Of a stretch of 54,337 nt of DNA, positions 26,765-37,671 are shown in pieces; positions within the stretch are counted from its first letter, which is position 1, and each line of letters begins with the position of its first letter. A program made the translations under genes and the position numbers. The stretch is from Chromatiales bacterium (GTDB lineage Bacteria > Pseudomonadota > Gammaproteobacteria > JACCXJ01), in the NCBI GenBank assembly GCA_043673925.1, contig JBIMKC010000001.1, positions 3,106-57,442 on the forward strand, read 5' to 3'. The notes below the pieces were generated by a model. It searched no databases, was not told the origin of the DNA, and saw only the letters and a program-made list of their open reading frames with translations.

Positions 26765-28129
26765 TTAAATCGACGCCAGGGCCGCCTCCAACCGCTCGGG
26801 CGCGGTGATCTCGAGGCCGGCCATTTCGCCCCGTGGGGCATTCGCCTTCGGGACCAGCGCGCGCCGGAAACCGTGTTTCGCCGCTTCGCGTAACCGCTCG
26901 CTTCCGTTCGGGACTGGCCGCAACTCGCCGGACAAGCCCACCTCGCCGAAGACCACCATATCCGCCGGGAGCGGACGGCCCCGCAGGCTCGACAACACCG
27001 CCAGGGTGACCGCCAGATCGGCGCCCGTTTCGGTGACTCGTATCCCGCCGACCACATTGACGAAAACATCTTGGTCATGGGTCACGATTCCGCCGTGACG
27101 GTGTAAAACGGCGAGCAGCATGGCGAGGCGGTTGGGGTCTAAACCGACGGCAACCCGGCGTGGATTCGCGAGGAAGGACCGATCGACCAGGGCCTGCACC
27201 TCGATCAATAGCGGACGCGTCCCCTGGCGGCACACCATCACCACGCTCCCGGTGGCGCCTTGGGCATGCCGTTGCAGAAAGATCGCCGAGGGATTGGTCA
27301 CGGGCCGCAAACCGCCCTCGGTCATGGCGAAAATACCCAGCTCGTGGACCGGCCCATAGCGATTCTTGGTCGAGCGCAAGATCCTGAAGCGGCTGCTATC
27401 ATCGCCCTCGAAATAGAGCACCGTATCGACCATGTGCTCGAGCACACGCGGTCCGGCGATCATGCCTTCCTTGGTCACGTGCCCGACCAGGAACACGGAG
27501 GCGCCGGAATTCTTCGCGAAGCGGATGAGTTGGGCCGCGCTTTCCCGCACTTGAGCGACGCTTCCCGGCGCCGAGGCCAAGGCCTCCGTAAAAACCGTCT
27601 GAATCGAGTCGATGATCATCACCCTCGGCACTTCTTGCGCGGCCACGCCGAGGATCGACTCCAGGCAGGTTTCGGTTAGGAGCTTGATACGCGCGCCATC
27701 GATCCCAAGCCGCCGGCTCCGCAGAGCGACTTGCTGGGCCGACTCCTCGCCGCTCACATACAGGCCGGAACACTTGGCCTCGCCAGTCGCCGCGGCCAGC
27801 ATCTGCAGCAACAAGGTGGATTTCCCGATGCCCGGATCGCCTCCGATCAATACCACCGCGCCAGCCACGATGCCGCCGCCCAAGACCCGGTCCAACTCCC
27901 CCACACCGCTCGGGATCCCCGCTTCCTCGGCGGGAGAAATCGCCTCGAGCATGCAGGCTCGGGGCGGCTCTGCACTGACGCCTCCGGGGCGGTTTTCCGC
28001 CGCGCCCGGACGCTCTGAATAGGCTATTTCAACCAGCGTATTCCAGGCGCCGCAATCGCCGCACTGACCCGACCACTTGGGCGCAAGCGCGCCGCAGCCC
28101 TGGCATTGATACGTGAATTTAGCCCGCAC
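26765..28129 (-). CDS. radA: DNA repair protein RadA/Sms
   Basis: An N-terminal zinc finger (CQGCG..CGDCGAWNT), a Walker A motif (GGDPGIGKSTLLLQ), KNRYGP, and a Lon-like C-terminal domain. Confidence 0.95.
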   Translation of the reverse strand: MRAKFTYQCQGCGALAPKWSGQCGDCGAWNTLVEIAYSERPGAAENRPGGVSAEPPRACMLEAISPAEEAGIPSGVGELDRVLGGGIVAGAVVLIGGDPGIGKSTLLLQMLAAATGEAKCSGLYVSGEESAQQVALRSRRLGIDGARIKLLTETCLESILGVAAQEVPRVMIIDSIQTVFTEALASAPGSVAQVRESAAQLIRFAKNSGASVFLVGHVTKEGMIAGPRVLEHMVDTVLYFEGDDSSRFRILRSTKNRYGPVHELGIFAMTEGGLRPVTNPSAIFLQRHAQGATGSVVMVCRQGTRPLLIEVQALVDRSFLANPRRVAVGLDPNRLAMLLAVLHRHGGIVTHDQDVFVNVVGGIRVTETGADLAVTLAVLSSLRGRPLPADMVVFGEVGLSGELRPVPNGSERLREAAKHGFRRALVPKANAPRGEMAGLEITAPERLEAALASI

Positions 28130-29204
28130 TTGGGTCGAGAAACCGCGCCCGGCCGCGCACGCCGCACAGCAGCTCGTAAGGAATGGTGTCGGCCCAACGC
28201 GCGACTTCCTCCACGGGCAATCCCGCGCCCCAGAGCAGCACCGGATCCCCGACGCGCGCGGCCGGAACGGGGCGTAAATCCACGCTCAGCATGTCCATCG
28301 AGGCTTTGCCGATCAAGGCGGCTCTTTTCCCGTTCACGAGCACGGGGGTTCCGGAGCGGGCGTGCCGAGGATAACCGTCTCCGTAGCCCAGGGCGACGAT
28401 GCCGATCGGCATGTCCTCCGGGCAACGCCAGTCACCGCCATAACCGACCCCCTCCCCCGCCCGCACGGTCTTGACCGCAATGAGTTGTGATCTCAAGGAC
28501 ATTACCGGCCGTAGACCTTCCGAGGCGGCGCTGCTATCGGCGAACGGCGAAACCCCGTAGAGCATGATCCCCGGCCGGACCCAATCGGCGTAGGCCGCCG
28601 GCCAGGCGAGCAGCGCCGCGGAATTGGCGATACAGCGTTCGGCACGGATATCGGCGCTGGCTTGCGCGAAGCACGCAAGTTGTACAGGCACCGAGGGATG
28701 GCCTCGCTCATGGGCGCACCCGAGATGCGTCATCAAGCGCACGGGCGGGGCGACGGTGCCGCACCGATGTAACTCTTCCCACACGCCGCGGACCCGTTCC
28801 GGTGCGAATCCCAAGCGGTGCATGCCCGAGTCCACCTTGAGCCATACGCCGAGGCGATGCCCTTCCGGGAGATCCCCTAACATCGCAATCTGTTCATCGT
28901 GGTGAATGACGATATCCAATGCCAAGCGCTGCATTTCCCGCAACTCCCCCGGCGAGAACGGGCCTTCGAGCAGGACGATGGGATGTTTCACCCCGCGGTC
29001 GCGCAAGCCTTGTGCCTCTTCGAGACAGGCCACTCCGAATGCGTCCGCCGCGGAAAACGCCGCCGCCATGCGCTGGAGTCCGTGCCCATAGGCATCGGCC
29101 TTGATGATGGCCATAATCTTTCGCCGCGGCGCCAGGACGCGCACGCGCTCGAGGTTAGCCTTGGCGGCCCCTAGGTCGTAGTCGACGCGCGCGGGACGGC
29201 TCAT
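28119..29204 (-). CDS. alr: alanine racemase
   Basis: The IKADAYGHG PLP-lysine motif. It overlaps both dnaB and radA. Confidence 0.9.
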   Translation of the reverse strand: MSRPARVDYDLGAAKANLERVRVLAPRRKIMAIIKADAYGHGLQRMAAAFSAADAFGVACLEEAQGLRDRGVKHPIVLLEGPFSPGELREMQRLALDIVIHHDEQIAMLGDLPEGHRLGVWLKVDSGMHRLGFAPERVRGVWEELHRCGTVAPPVRLMTHLGCAHERGHPSVPVQLACFAQASADIRAERCIANSAALLAWPAAYADWVRPGIMLYGVSPFADSSAASEGLRPVMSLRSQLIAVKTVRAGEGVGYGGDWRCPEDMPIGIVALGYGDGYPRHARSGTPVLVNGKRAALIGKASMDMLSVDLRPVPAARVGDPVLLWGAGLPVEEVARWADTIPYELLCGVRGRARFLDPSAG

Positions 29205-30634
29205 CCATAATCCCTCGCCGGCCCCCGGTAGCTCTCTGCGGTAAAGCTCTCGAAGCGCGTGAATTGCCCCAAGAACGTCATACGCACCGTGCCGATGGGA
29301 CCGTTGCGTTGTTTCGCTACGATGATCTCGGCGATCCCTTTGTCGGCGCTATTTTCGTCGTAGACCTCGTCGCGGTAAATGAACACGATGAGATCGGCGT
29401 CTTGTTCGATGGCGCCGGATTCGCGCAGATCCGCCATGCGCGGGCGCTTATCCGGCCGCTGCTCCAGGCCGCGATTTAACTGCGACAAAGCCAAGACCGG
29501 AACATGCAGCTCTTTGGCGAGGGCCTTGAGCGTACGCGATATTTCCGAGATCTCGGTCGCCCGGTTTTCCTTGATTCCCGGGACCTGCATGAGCTGTAGG
29601 TAATCGACGATCACGAGGCCCAGCCCATGCTCGCGGGCAATGCGCCGGCACTTGCCGCAAAGCTCGCCCGGCGCCAATGCTGGCGTGTCGTCGATAAACA
29701 TCTTGGCTTTGTCCAAGATCGCCACAGTCGAGGTGACGCGGGGCCAATCATCATCGCTCAGCTTCCCGGTCCGCACCTTTCTCTGGTCGATGCGCCCGAG
29801 CGAGGCGATCATGCGCATCGCCAGTTGCTCGCCCGACATTTCCATGGAAAAAATCGCGACCGACAGGTCATCCTTGATCGCCGCGTGTTCCGCGATGTTG
29901 ATGGCAAAAGCGGTCTTGCCCATCGACGGCCGCCCGGCGATGATGACTAAATCCGAGGGCTGGAGCCCCGCCGTTAGCTCATCGAAATCGGTAAAGCCGG
30001 TTGCAATGCCCGTGATCGCGCTGCCCTTGCGAAACAGCGTGTCGATGCGGTCCAGGGCATGGGCCAATAGCTCCTGAACCTTCAGGTAGCCGCGGCGGCC
30101 GCGTTGTTGGTGGTCGGCAATCTCGAAGACCACGCGTTCCGCGGCATCGAGCAACTCATCGGAGCTGCGTCCTTCGGTATTGAAGGCGCCGTTAGCGATC
30201 TCCGTGGCGGCATGGATGAGTTGCCGCAGCACCGCGCGTTCCCGGACAATGTCCGCGTAGGCGGCGATGTTGGCGGCGCTGGGCGTATTCTCGACCAGCG
30301 CGACAAGATAGGCGAGTCCGCCGGCCTTTTCGAGCTCCGCCGCGCTCGCGAGCCATTCCGACAGCGTGATCACATCGTAAGGCTTGCTCTCCGCAGCAAG
30401 CCGCTCGATCGCGCGGAAGATCAGCCGGTGCTCTAAACGATAGAAGTCATGCTCGGTGAGGCGCTCGACGACCTGGGTCCAGCTTTCGTTGTCGAGCAGC
30501 ATACCCCCCAATACGGACTGTTCGGCCTCGACGGAGTGCGGCGGGACCTTAGGACCTTCTCGAACGGCGCCCCGGGGATTGGAAGCGCGATACTCCACGC
30601 TAGCCGGCCCGGGCTCGTAGACCGGCCGCTCCAA
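29201..30634 (-). CDS. dnaB: replicative DNA helicase
   Basis: PPHSVEAEQSVLGGMLL, a Walker A motif (GRPSMGKTAFA), and LSQLNRGLEQR. Confidence 0.95.
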   Translation of the reverse strand: MERPVYEPGPASVEYRASNPRGAVREGPKVPPHSVEAEQSVLGGMLLDNESWTQVVERLTEHDFYRLEHRLIFRAIERLAAESKPYDVITLSEWLASAAELEKAGGLAYLVALVENTPSAANIAAYADIVRERAVLRQLIHAATEIANGAFNTEGRSSDELLDAAERVVFEIADHQQRGRRGYLKVQELLAHALDRIDTLFRKGSAITGIATGFTDFDELTAGLQPSDLVIIAGRPSMGKTAFAINIAEHAAIKDDLSVAIFSMEMSGEQLAMRMIASLGRIDQRKVRTGKLSDDDWPRVTSTVAILDKAKMFIDDTPALAPGELCGKCRRIAREHGLGLVIVDYLQLMQVPGIKENRATEISEISRTLKALAKELHVPVLALSQLNRGLEQRPDKRPRMADLRESGAIEQDADLIVFIYRDEVYDENSADKGIAEIIVAKQRNGPIGTVRMTFLGQFTRFESFTAESYRGPARDYG

Positions 30635-30705
30635 GGCGTAGCGCTGCAGGGCCGAGGGCTCGCCGCCGCAGTGTGACTGACATGCGCTTATCCGTGTTTA
30701 AGCGC

Positions 30706-31167
30706 TTAGGAGGTTCCTTCGTCCTCCGCCGCGATGACGACTTTGACGGCCACATCCACGTCCGGGTGCAGATGCACTCGGACTTCGTGCGCGCCGATCT
30801 CGCGCAGAGGCCCTTGCGGTAGTCTGATACGTTTCTTTTCCATTGCCACCCCCGCTTCCGTCACCGCGGTCGCGATGTCCAGCGTACCGACCGACCCAAA
30901 CAGCTTCCCCTCGGATCCGGCCCGGGCCCGAATGGTTACGGACAGGTTTTCCAGCGCCTTAGCCAGCAACCGCGCCTCCGCTAGCGCCAGCGCCTGGGAC
31001 TTAATCAACTCGCCGCGGGCGGCTTCAAACTTGGCTAAGCTGGCGGCCGTTGCCGGCACTGCTTTCCTGGTTGGAATTAGATAGTTACGCGCATACCCTG
31101 GTTTCACCTTCACGCGGTCGCCGAGATCACCGAGCCGGTGCACTCTCTCGATTAGGATTACTTCCAT
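30706..31167 (-). CDS. rplI: 50S ribosomal protein L9
   Basis: MEVILIERVHRLGDLGDRVKVKPGYARNYLIP. Confidence 0.95.
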   Translation of the reverse strand: MEVILIERVHRLGDLGDRVKVKPGYARNYLIPTRKAVPATAASLAKFEAARGELIKSQALALAEARLLAKALENLSVTIRARAGSEGKLFGSVGTLDIATAVTEAGVAMEKKRIRLPQGPLREIGAHEVRVHLHPDVDVAVKVVIAAEDEGTS

Positions 31168-31322
31168 TACCTCACCTCATTGCTTTCGCTAAACGCTTTT
31201 TGATCGCTGGATGCGCTGAGACACCACACAATACCATGCTCGCCTATCGTGTGATATGTCACTTCGCTCGCTCCGCGGCTCCTGGCGCTCCGGGCTGCTC
31301 GCAACGATTTATTCACAAGCTC

Positions 31323-32249
31323 TTAGGCCGCAGCGCCCCCGCGAAAACTTGGCGGCGGTAGTCCTCTGAAATTGACCGCCCGGTCCAGCAGGCCGCAAGC
31401 GGCGAGACCGAACACGGTGTAGTGCGGGGTGATAAACAGCACCACATAGAGAATCACGAGCCAAGCCTTGGAATATCCCCGGGCCCGATGCTGGTGGTGC
31501 ACGACCGCGAGCCCCTGAAAGCAATAAAGCACACAGGCCACGACCACCAGATCCACGATCATGCCATAGGGACGCGCCCGGCTCATGATTTCGAATACCA
31601 AGTAGATGATCATCGCCACGGTCGGAAACGCCAGCACCCCGGGCAAGCGCAGCACCTCGAACTCCGGGCGGAAGCCTCCCGGGTTATAGAGCACCGCCTG
31701 CCACCAGCGTGCAAGGAGCAGTGTAACGACGATGCTGAATTCTATGGCTGCGGCGATAAGCGGATTCATCACCGCGGCAAGCTCCACGAGCATTTCCTCC
31801 GGGACGAGAACATCGCGATCGGACTCTGCCTGCCGAAACACGCGCTTCAATATCTCCTCCCACCAGGCATCGACGTCGCTCAGCGTAATGCGCATCGCAA
31901 CGACGAAAAGCCCCGCCATCACGCCGACCGCTGAAAGCATCACGCCCTGCTCGCGCGAGACGCGCAACACCAGGGCCGCGAGCCATACCGGCAGCCACAG
32001 CGCCACGAGGAGCGACGCCACCGGCAGGAGGTTACGAAAACCGCCGAACGCCACCGCGCCGCTTAGACAAGCGGCGCCGGCAATGACAAATGTTCCTTCG
32101 CGCGCACCGTGCCGGAGCGCGACCAGACCGACAGCAGCACCGCTCAGGTAGGAAACCGGGGGCATGAGCCAGCTCAAAACACCGCATAGACCCGCGACCC
32201 CCGCGGCCTGCAAGCGCCCGCGCATCACATATTCGGCGAGGATCTTCAC
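31323..32249 (-). CDS. polytopic membrane protein (DUF2232-like) between rpsR and rplI
   Basis: A 308-aa highly hydrophobic ORF in the position a membrane protein occupies in many proteobacterial rpsF operons. Confidence 0.55.
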   Translation of the reverse strand: MKILAEYVMRGRLQAAGVAGLCGVLSWLMPPVSYLSGAAVGLVALRHGAREGTFVIAGAACLSGAVAFGGFRNLLPVASLLVALWLPVWLAALVLRVSREQGVMLSAVGVMAGLFVVAMRITLSDVDAWWEEILKRVFRQAESDRDVLVPEEMLVELAAVMNPLIAAAIEFSIVVTLLLARWWQAVLYNPGGFRPEFEVLRLPGVLAFPTVAMIIYLVFEIMSRARPYGMIVDLVVVACVLYCFQGLAVVHHQHRARGYSKAWLVILYVVLFITPHYTVFGLAACGLLDRAVNFRGLPPPSFRGGAAA

Positions 32250-32293
32250 GCCATCACGCCGGACCGAGCAAGCGGCGGCCGGCCGTGGCGCTT

Positions 32294-32518
32294 TTAATGA
32301 GAGTCACAATAGGGAAGCAGCGCGAGGAACCTCGCCCGCTTGATGGCCGTTGCCAGTTGGCGTTGATAACGCGCCTTCGTGCCGGAGATGCGGCTCGGCA
32401 TGATCTTTCCGGTCTCCGTAAGATAACCCTTGAGCGTGTTTAGATCCTTGTAATCGATCTCCTTGACGCCTTCGGCCGTGAACCGGCAAAACCGCTTACG
32501 ACGAAAAAATCGTGACAT
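32294..32518 (-). CDS. rpsR: 30S ribosomal protein S18
   Basis: [58 protein letters not shown]. Confidence 0.95.
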   Translation of the reverse strand: MSRFFRRKRFCRFTAEGVKEIDYKDLNTLKGYLTETGKIMPSRISGTKARYQRQLATAIKRARFLALLPYCDSH

Positions 32519-32522
32519 ACTT

Positions 32523-32960
32523 TCACCTCACCTGGACAACATCTGCTATTTCCTCTCCGGCAGTCGAATCCGCGGGATCCGGACTTTCAACCGCGCTCGG
32601 TTCCGGTGCGGATCGTGCCGCCTCGACCGGCTCTTCGTCGTCGGCGCGTCTCGCCAACAGCGAAGGCTCGGTCACCGCTTCATCCCGGCGCATTACCAGA
32701 TTGCGGATGACCGCGTCATTGAATCGGAAAGCGTTGTTCAGCTCGCTTAAGGTCTCCCCGTCGCACTCCACATTCATCAATACGTAATGCGCCTTGTGGA
32801 CCTTTTCGATGAGGTAAGTCAATTGCCTGCGGCCCCAATCCTCGAGCCGGTGGATAGCCCCGCCCCGCGCTTCGATCATCGAACGGTAGCGGTTGATCAT
32901 AGCGGGGACTTGCTCACTCTGATCGGGGTGAACAAGAAATACAATCTCGTAGTGTCGCAT
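32523..32960 (-). CDS. rpsF: 30S ribosomal protein S6 (long acidic C-terminal tail)
   Basis: ORF 32523..33137 trimmed to the ATG at 32960 ([18 protein letters not shown]...). Confidence 0.95.
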   Translation of the reverse strand: MRHYEIVFLVHPDQSEQVPAMINRYRSMIEARGGAIHRLEDWGRRQLTYLIEKVHKAHYVLMNVECDGETLSELNNAFRFNDAVIRNLVMRRDEAVTEPSLLARRADDEEPVEAARSAPEPSAVESPDPADSTAGEEIADVVQVR

Positions 32961-33090
32961 TAGTCGCTCCTCATGGGTTATCGCCTCCCGGCTGACGCTC
33001 TCGGCGCTTCGCGGTGAGACAAGGAGAGTTGTTATAAGCGCGGCCCGCACGCGGCCGCGCGCTGTTTTCAGCGCCGCGAATTCTATTGCA

Positions 33091-34044
33091 TTAACCTCCG
33101 TCGCGCAATTTTCTGGTTGGATTATGTGCCATCCCAATTGCTTCCGAGGCGCGTTCGGGAGCGCGCATCGGGCCGTACAGCGAGTCCAGGTATTTCCTGA
33201 AATCCGATCTCACCTCCGGGTGTTTCAGCGCATATTCCACCGTCGCTTGCAGAAAACCGAGTTTTGACCCGCAATCGTAGCGTTGCCCTTCGAATTCTAG
33301 CGACAGGACGGTTTTCTTGGCGAGAAGCTTCGCGATGGCGTCTGTGAGTTGAATCTCGCCGCGAGCGTCCTCTGCCGTGTGTTCGAGGACCGGCATGATG
33401 TCGGGCGTAAGAATGTAACGGCCGACCACCGCGAGGTTCGAGGGGGCGTCCTCGGGCCGGGGTTTTTCGACGATGCTGTGTACCTTTCCAACCCGTGGTT
33501 CAATGGCTTGCGAGACCACAATGCCGTATCGGCCGGTCTCCTCTTGCGGTACGGGTTCGACAGCGAGCACCCCGCAGTTATAGCGCGAATACAGATCGAC
33601 CATCTGCGAGAGGCAGCCGGCATGATTACCGTCAATCAGGTCATCGGCGAGCACGACGGCAAACGGTTCTTTGCCAATCACGGGTCTCGCGCAAAGGACG
33701 GCGTGACCGAGCCCTAAGGCTTCGGGTTGGCGAATATAGATACAGGACACGCCTGGCGGGAGTATGTTGGTGGCGAGATCCAGCATCTTGGTCTTATTGT
33801 GTTTCTTTAGCTCGGCTTCCAGTTCATAAGCCTTGTCGAAATGATCCTCTATCGCGCGTTTATTGCGGCCGGTAATGAATACGAGCTCCGTCACGCCCGC
33901 CGCTACCGCTTCTTCGACGGCATATTGAATGAGCGGTTTGTCCACGATGGGCAGCATCTCTTTCGGATTGGCTTTCGTCGCCGGGAGGAAACGTGTCCCT
34001 AGACCGGCTACGGGGAAGACTGCTTTTTTTACCGGCCTACTCAT
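33091..34044 (-). CDS. galU: UTP--glucose-1-phosphate uridylyltransferase
   Basis: [40 protein letters not shown]. Confidence 0.9.
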   Translation of the reverse strand: MSRPVKKAVFPVAGLGTRFLPATKANPKEMLPIVDKPLIQYAVEEAVAAGVTELVFITGRNKRAIEDHFDKAYELEAELKKHNKTKMLDLATNILPPGVSCIYIRQPEALGLGHAVLCARPVIGKEPFAVVLADDLIDGNHAGCLSQMVDLYSRYNCGVLAVEPVPQEETGRYGIVVSQAIEPRVGKVHSIVEKPRPEDAPSNLAVVGRYILTPDIMPVLEHTAEDARGEIQLTDAIAKLLAKKTVLSLEFEGQRYDCGSKLGFLQATVEYALKHPEVRSDFRKYLDSLYGPMRAPERASEAIGMAHNPTRKLRDGG

Positions 34045-34088
34045 GTAGTTGGCTCCATATTTGAGAAAAATCGGCGTGGCGCTGACCG

Positions 34089-35567
34089 CTACACGCGATG
34101 GTATGCGTCCGCGAAGCGCACGATATCGTCTTCGCCCAGGTACGCGCCCGATTGCACCTCGATGATCTCGAGCGGGATCGTCCCGGGGTTTTCCAGTCTG
34201 TGTTGGACGCCGAGGGGAATATACGTCGATTGATTCTCCGTCAGCAGGAATTCCTCCTCCCCGCGCGTCACGCGCGCCGTGCCTTTGACGACGATCCAGT
34301 GCTCCGCCCGATGATGGTGCATCTGCAGTGACAGCTTCGCGCCGGGTTGCACGACGATGCGCTTGACCTGAAATCGCTCCCCCTGGTCAATGCTTTCATA
34401 GCTTCCCCAAGGGCGGTAGACGCGGCGGTGATTCACGCGCTCTTCCCGTGCGTGTTCCCGCATCCACGCGATCACCTGCTTCACCCCCTGGGCTTTGTCT
34501 TTGGGGAGCACGAGCACGGCATCCGCGGTTTCCACGACGACCAGATCATCACACCCGAGCACGGCGAGGAGACGCGATTCCGACAGCAACAAGTTGTTCC
34601 GCGCATCGAGCGCGCAGACATCGCCAAGAACGGCATTACCGTCGCTATCACGCTCGGCGATGTCCCACAGACTCGACCAGGCCCCGACATCCGACCACCC
34701 TGCATCGAGTGGCACCATCGCCGTGCGGAAGCCAGCGGCAACTTTTTCCATCACCGCGTAATCGATCGAATCGCTGGGACAGGCCTCGAAAGCCTGGCGC
34801 TGCATACGGTAAAACCCGCCGTTGGGTTGCGCCTCGCCACAGGCGCGCTCGCACGCGGCCAAAATGTCCGGCCGGAAATGCCCGATGGCTTGGAGCCATT
34901 GCGACGCCTTCATCATGAAGATCCCGCTGTTCCAGAGACTATTCCCGGCGCTGATATAAAATTGCGCGCGCTCCGCGTCGGGCTTTTCGGCAAAGGCCTT
35001 TACTTGATAGGCTTTGTGCGGAGCGATTGCATCGCGACCCCTATCGATCTCCGCGCCGCGCTCGATGTATCCGTACCCGGTTTCGGGTTTGGTGGGCACC
35101 ACACCGAAGGTGACTAAGTAGTCATCCTGGGCCAATCCGATGCCTCTGAGAACGGCCCGGCAAAACGCCTCGGGGTTTTGAATGACGTGATCGGCCGGCA
35201 TCACGAGGACGACACACTCGGGGCTGCGCGCTTGGCACACCAGTGCGGCACAGGTGAGCGCGGGCGCCGTGTTGCGGCCCACCGGCTCGAGCATAATGCT
35301 GCTTGCCTCGACCCCCACCTGACGAGCCTGTTCGGTCACCAGAAACCTGTGGTCCTCGTTACATACGACGATCGGTGGCGGTAATGTCAGGGAATAAGCG
35401 GCGCTCTCCGACATCGAAGCCAGTCCATCCAGCCGCCGCAGTGTCTGCTGCAATAAAGTCGCCGCCCTCCCAAGCTTCAAAAACTGTTTCGGGTACTGCT
35501 CGCGGGATAGCGGCCAAAGGCGCGTCCCGCCGCCCCCGGCAAGTATGATCGGAAACAGCGTGGTCAT
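34089..35567 (-). CDS. manC: mannose-1-phosphate guanylyltransferase / mannose-6-phosphate isomerase (type II PMI-GMP)
   Basis: [22 protein letters not shown] at the N-terminus and a C-terminal cupin region ([42 protein letters not shown]). Confidence 0.9.
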   Translation of the reverse strand: MTTLFPIILAGGGGTRLWPLSREQYPKQFLKLGRAATLLQQTLRRLDGLASMSESAAYSLTLPPPIVVCNEDHRFLVTEQARQVGVEASSIMLEPVGRNTAPALTCAALVCQARSPECVVLVMPADHVIQNPEAFCRAVLRGIGLAQDDYLVTFGVVPTKPETGYGYIERGAEIDRGRDAIAPHKAYQVKAFAEKPDAERAQFYISAGNSLWNSGIFMMKASQWLQAIGHFRPDILAACERACGEAQPNGGFYRMQRQAFEACPSDSIDYAVMEKVAAGFRTAMVPLDAGWSDVGAWSSLWDIAERDSDGNAVLGDVCALDARNNLLLSESRLLAVLGCDDLVVVETADAVLVLPKDKAQGVKQVIAWMREHAREERVNHRRVYRPWGSYESIDQGERFQVKRIVVQPGAKLSLQMHHHRAEHWIVVKGTARVTRGEEEFLLTENQSTYIPLGVQHRLENPGTIPLEIIEVQSGAYLGEDDIVRFADAYHRV

Positions 35568-35684
35568 GAGATCTTATGCATCGCCATCGGTACAGCCGGT
35601 GAACCCCCCCCGTATGTTAATCTCGATCGGGCGCGAAAACATACTAAGCCGCGCGCGCCCTCGGATTCGGCTGCGCTGGCGCCG

Positions 35685-36302
35685 TCACAGCGCGTAAACG
35701 ACGCGGCTTCCCGGCGCGTACCGTTCCTCCATGATGGCGCCAATCTCCGAGTAGTGTGAGCGATCGACCCACCACGTCGTGTACGACGCATCCCTGATAA
35801 ACCCAGGCAAAGCCGCGTCCACGATTCCCTCGCGCACCAGCTCCGACACGACCCTATCTCCCGGCGGCGCCGGTACCGATTTAACCAACAGCAGGTGCCG
35901 AGCGGCGAGCGTATGGGCTAACCAGGCGGCAAGACTATCGGAGGTCACACCCCAGCCGCGCGGAATTCCATCGTGCCCCCGCATCATATCGCACGGCAGC
36001 CACACCGCGACGCGCCCCGAGGCGAGCGCATTCTCGATTTGCGCCCGATCCCGCACCGGCGCAAGACGGGGTTCGATCCCGGTCATCATCAGACCGAACT
36101 GTTCCATCGCAAGCACCGCCATTGCGTGCGCGGCCTCATCCGAAAACTTCCACTCGGATTGGGCATGGCGCACCTGGTCGGCGAACGGCCCGCCCCCCGG
36201 CACGATGATCGCCCGCCCCCCGGCGCCTTCGGCCAGAGCGCTGAGCCACCGCGGCAGCTCGCTCGCGTATGCCAGGCTGCCGCCTAACTTAACCACCCAC
36301 AT
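35685..36302 (-). CDS. amino-acid-kinase-fold protein of the H4MPT/methylofuran island (orf20-like; possibly MfnE-like kinase)
   Basis: MWVVKLGGSL...IVPGGGPFAD is an Asp/Glu/uridylate-kinase-type N-terminus. The gene is the last in the co-directional C1 cofactor cluster. The MfnE equivalence is my inference. Confidence 0.6.
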   Translation of the reverse strand: MWVVKLGGSLAYASELPRWLSALAEGAGGRAIIVPGGGPFADQVRHAQSEWKFSDEAAHAMAVLAMEQFGLMMTGIEPRLAPVRDRAQIENALASGRVAVWLPCDMMRGHDGIPRGWGVTSDSLAAWLAHTLAARHLLLVKSVPAPPGDRVVSELVREGIVDAALPGFIRDASYTTWWVDRSHYSEIGAIMEERYAPGSRVVYAL

Positions 36303-37671
36303 GGGTCGCGGGCGCGGCGCTCAGCAGCTTGAGCATGGCCTCGGCTTTGTCCAAGGTTTCCTGGTATTCGGCGCTCGGCTCGGAATCGCTGACGATGCCT
36401 CCGCCGGCCCAGCCGTAGATCCAGTCATCTTTTATCACCAGTGTTCTGATAGCGATGTTGGTGTCCATGCCGCCGTCAAAGCCAATGTACCCGATGGCGC
36501 CGCAGTAAACGTTGCGGCGATGCGGCTCCAGCTCCTCGATGATCTCCATCGCGCGTAGTTTTGGCGCCCCGGTGATCGAGCCGCCCGGAAAGCAGCCGGC
36601 GAGTAAATCGAGCGCATGCCGTCCGGGCTCTAGGCGCCCGGTCACCGTGCTGACGAGATGGTGCACGGTGGCGAAGCTTTCCACCTCGAACAGCGCCGGG
36701 GTCTTGACAGATCCTAGCGCCGAGTTCTTGCCTAAATCGTTACGCAGCAAATCGACGATCATTATATTCTCGGCGCGATCCTTCGCACTCACGCGGAGCT
36801 CCTCCGCCAGCGCTTGGTCGCGAAGCTTGCTCGCCGAGCGCGCTCGCGTGCCCTTGACGGGCCGCGTCTCGATTACGCCGTGGCGCACGTGCAAGAAGCG
36901 TTCTGGCGAAGAGCTCAACACCACGAGTTCGGGCAGGCGCAGGTAGGCCGAAAACGGCGCGGGATTGAGGTACTGGAGCGCACGATAGGCAAGCCAGGGA
37001 TCGCCCTCTACGCAGGCGGAAAAGCGCTGAGCAAAATTGATTTGATAACAATGCCCGTCGCGGAGGTAGCGCTTGATACGCTGAAAGCCGCGGCCGTACT
37101 CGTGCCGGGTCATATTGAAGCGCACCGGCGAGACGACCCCAAACGACCGTCTGCCGGTGTCGCTCACCGAGCGCCCTAATGTCGCTCGTATCTCGAGCAA
37201 CGCAGCGCGGGAACCGTGATCGGAGGCGACCAAAAAGGTTCGCCGCTCGACATGATCGACCACCACCGCCCAGTCATAGATACCGACGGCCATATCGGGC
37301 ACATCGAAATCGGCTGCCGCCATGACCGGCAGGCGTTCTAGCCGCCGCGCCAGGTCGTAGCCGAAATAGCCCATGGCCCCGCCGGCGAACGGGAGACCCA
37401 TCGGCGCCGGACGCGGATCTCCCAGCGATCGCTTGACCAACTCGAAGGGACACTCTTCCGAGATCGCCAACGCGCGCGGAGTCTTGATTTCAGTCCGAAG
37501 ACCCCGAGTCGTCAGGGTCACCGAGGGTTCAGCCGAAAAAATATCGTACCGGGCGCGCTCACCGCCGTAAGCGCCGCTATCGAGAAATATCGACCACGGC
37601 CGGTCGGCGAAGGCAGCAAACACCGCTCCGGTATCCTGCGTATAATTAAGCTCCTCTACGCTCGCACCCAT
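36289..37671 (-). CDS. pabB: aminodeoxychorismate synthase component I
   Basis: Chorismate-binding signatures (FPGGSITGAPK.RAMEII.ELE...R..YCG..GY). The start is placed at the ATG at 37671 (MGASVEELNY); the longer ORF would start at 37716. Confidence 0.85.
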   Translation of the reverse strand: MGASVEELNYTQDTGAVFAAFADRPWSIFLDSGAYGGERARYDIFSAEPSVTLTTRGLRTEIKTPRALAISEECPFELVKRSLGDPRPAPMGLPFAGGAMGYFGYDLARRLERLPVMAAADFDVPDMAVGIYDWAVVVDHVERRTFLVASDHGSRAALLEIRATLGRSVSDTGRRSFGVVSPVRFNMTRHEYGRGFQRIKRYLRDGHCYQINFAQRFSACVEGDPWLAYRALQYLNPAPFSAYLRLPELVVLSSSPERFLHVRHGVIETRPVKGTRARSASKLRDQALAEELRVSAKDRAENIMIVDLLRNDLGKNSALGSVKTPALFEVESFATVHHLVSTVTGRLEPGRHALDLLAGCFPGGSITGAPKLRAMEIIEELEPHRRNVYCGAIGYIGFDGGMDTNIAIRTLVIKDDWIYGWAGGGIVSDSEPSAEYQETLDKAEAMLKLLSAAPATHVGG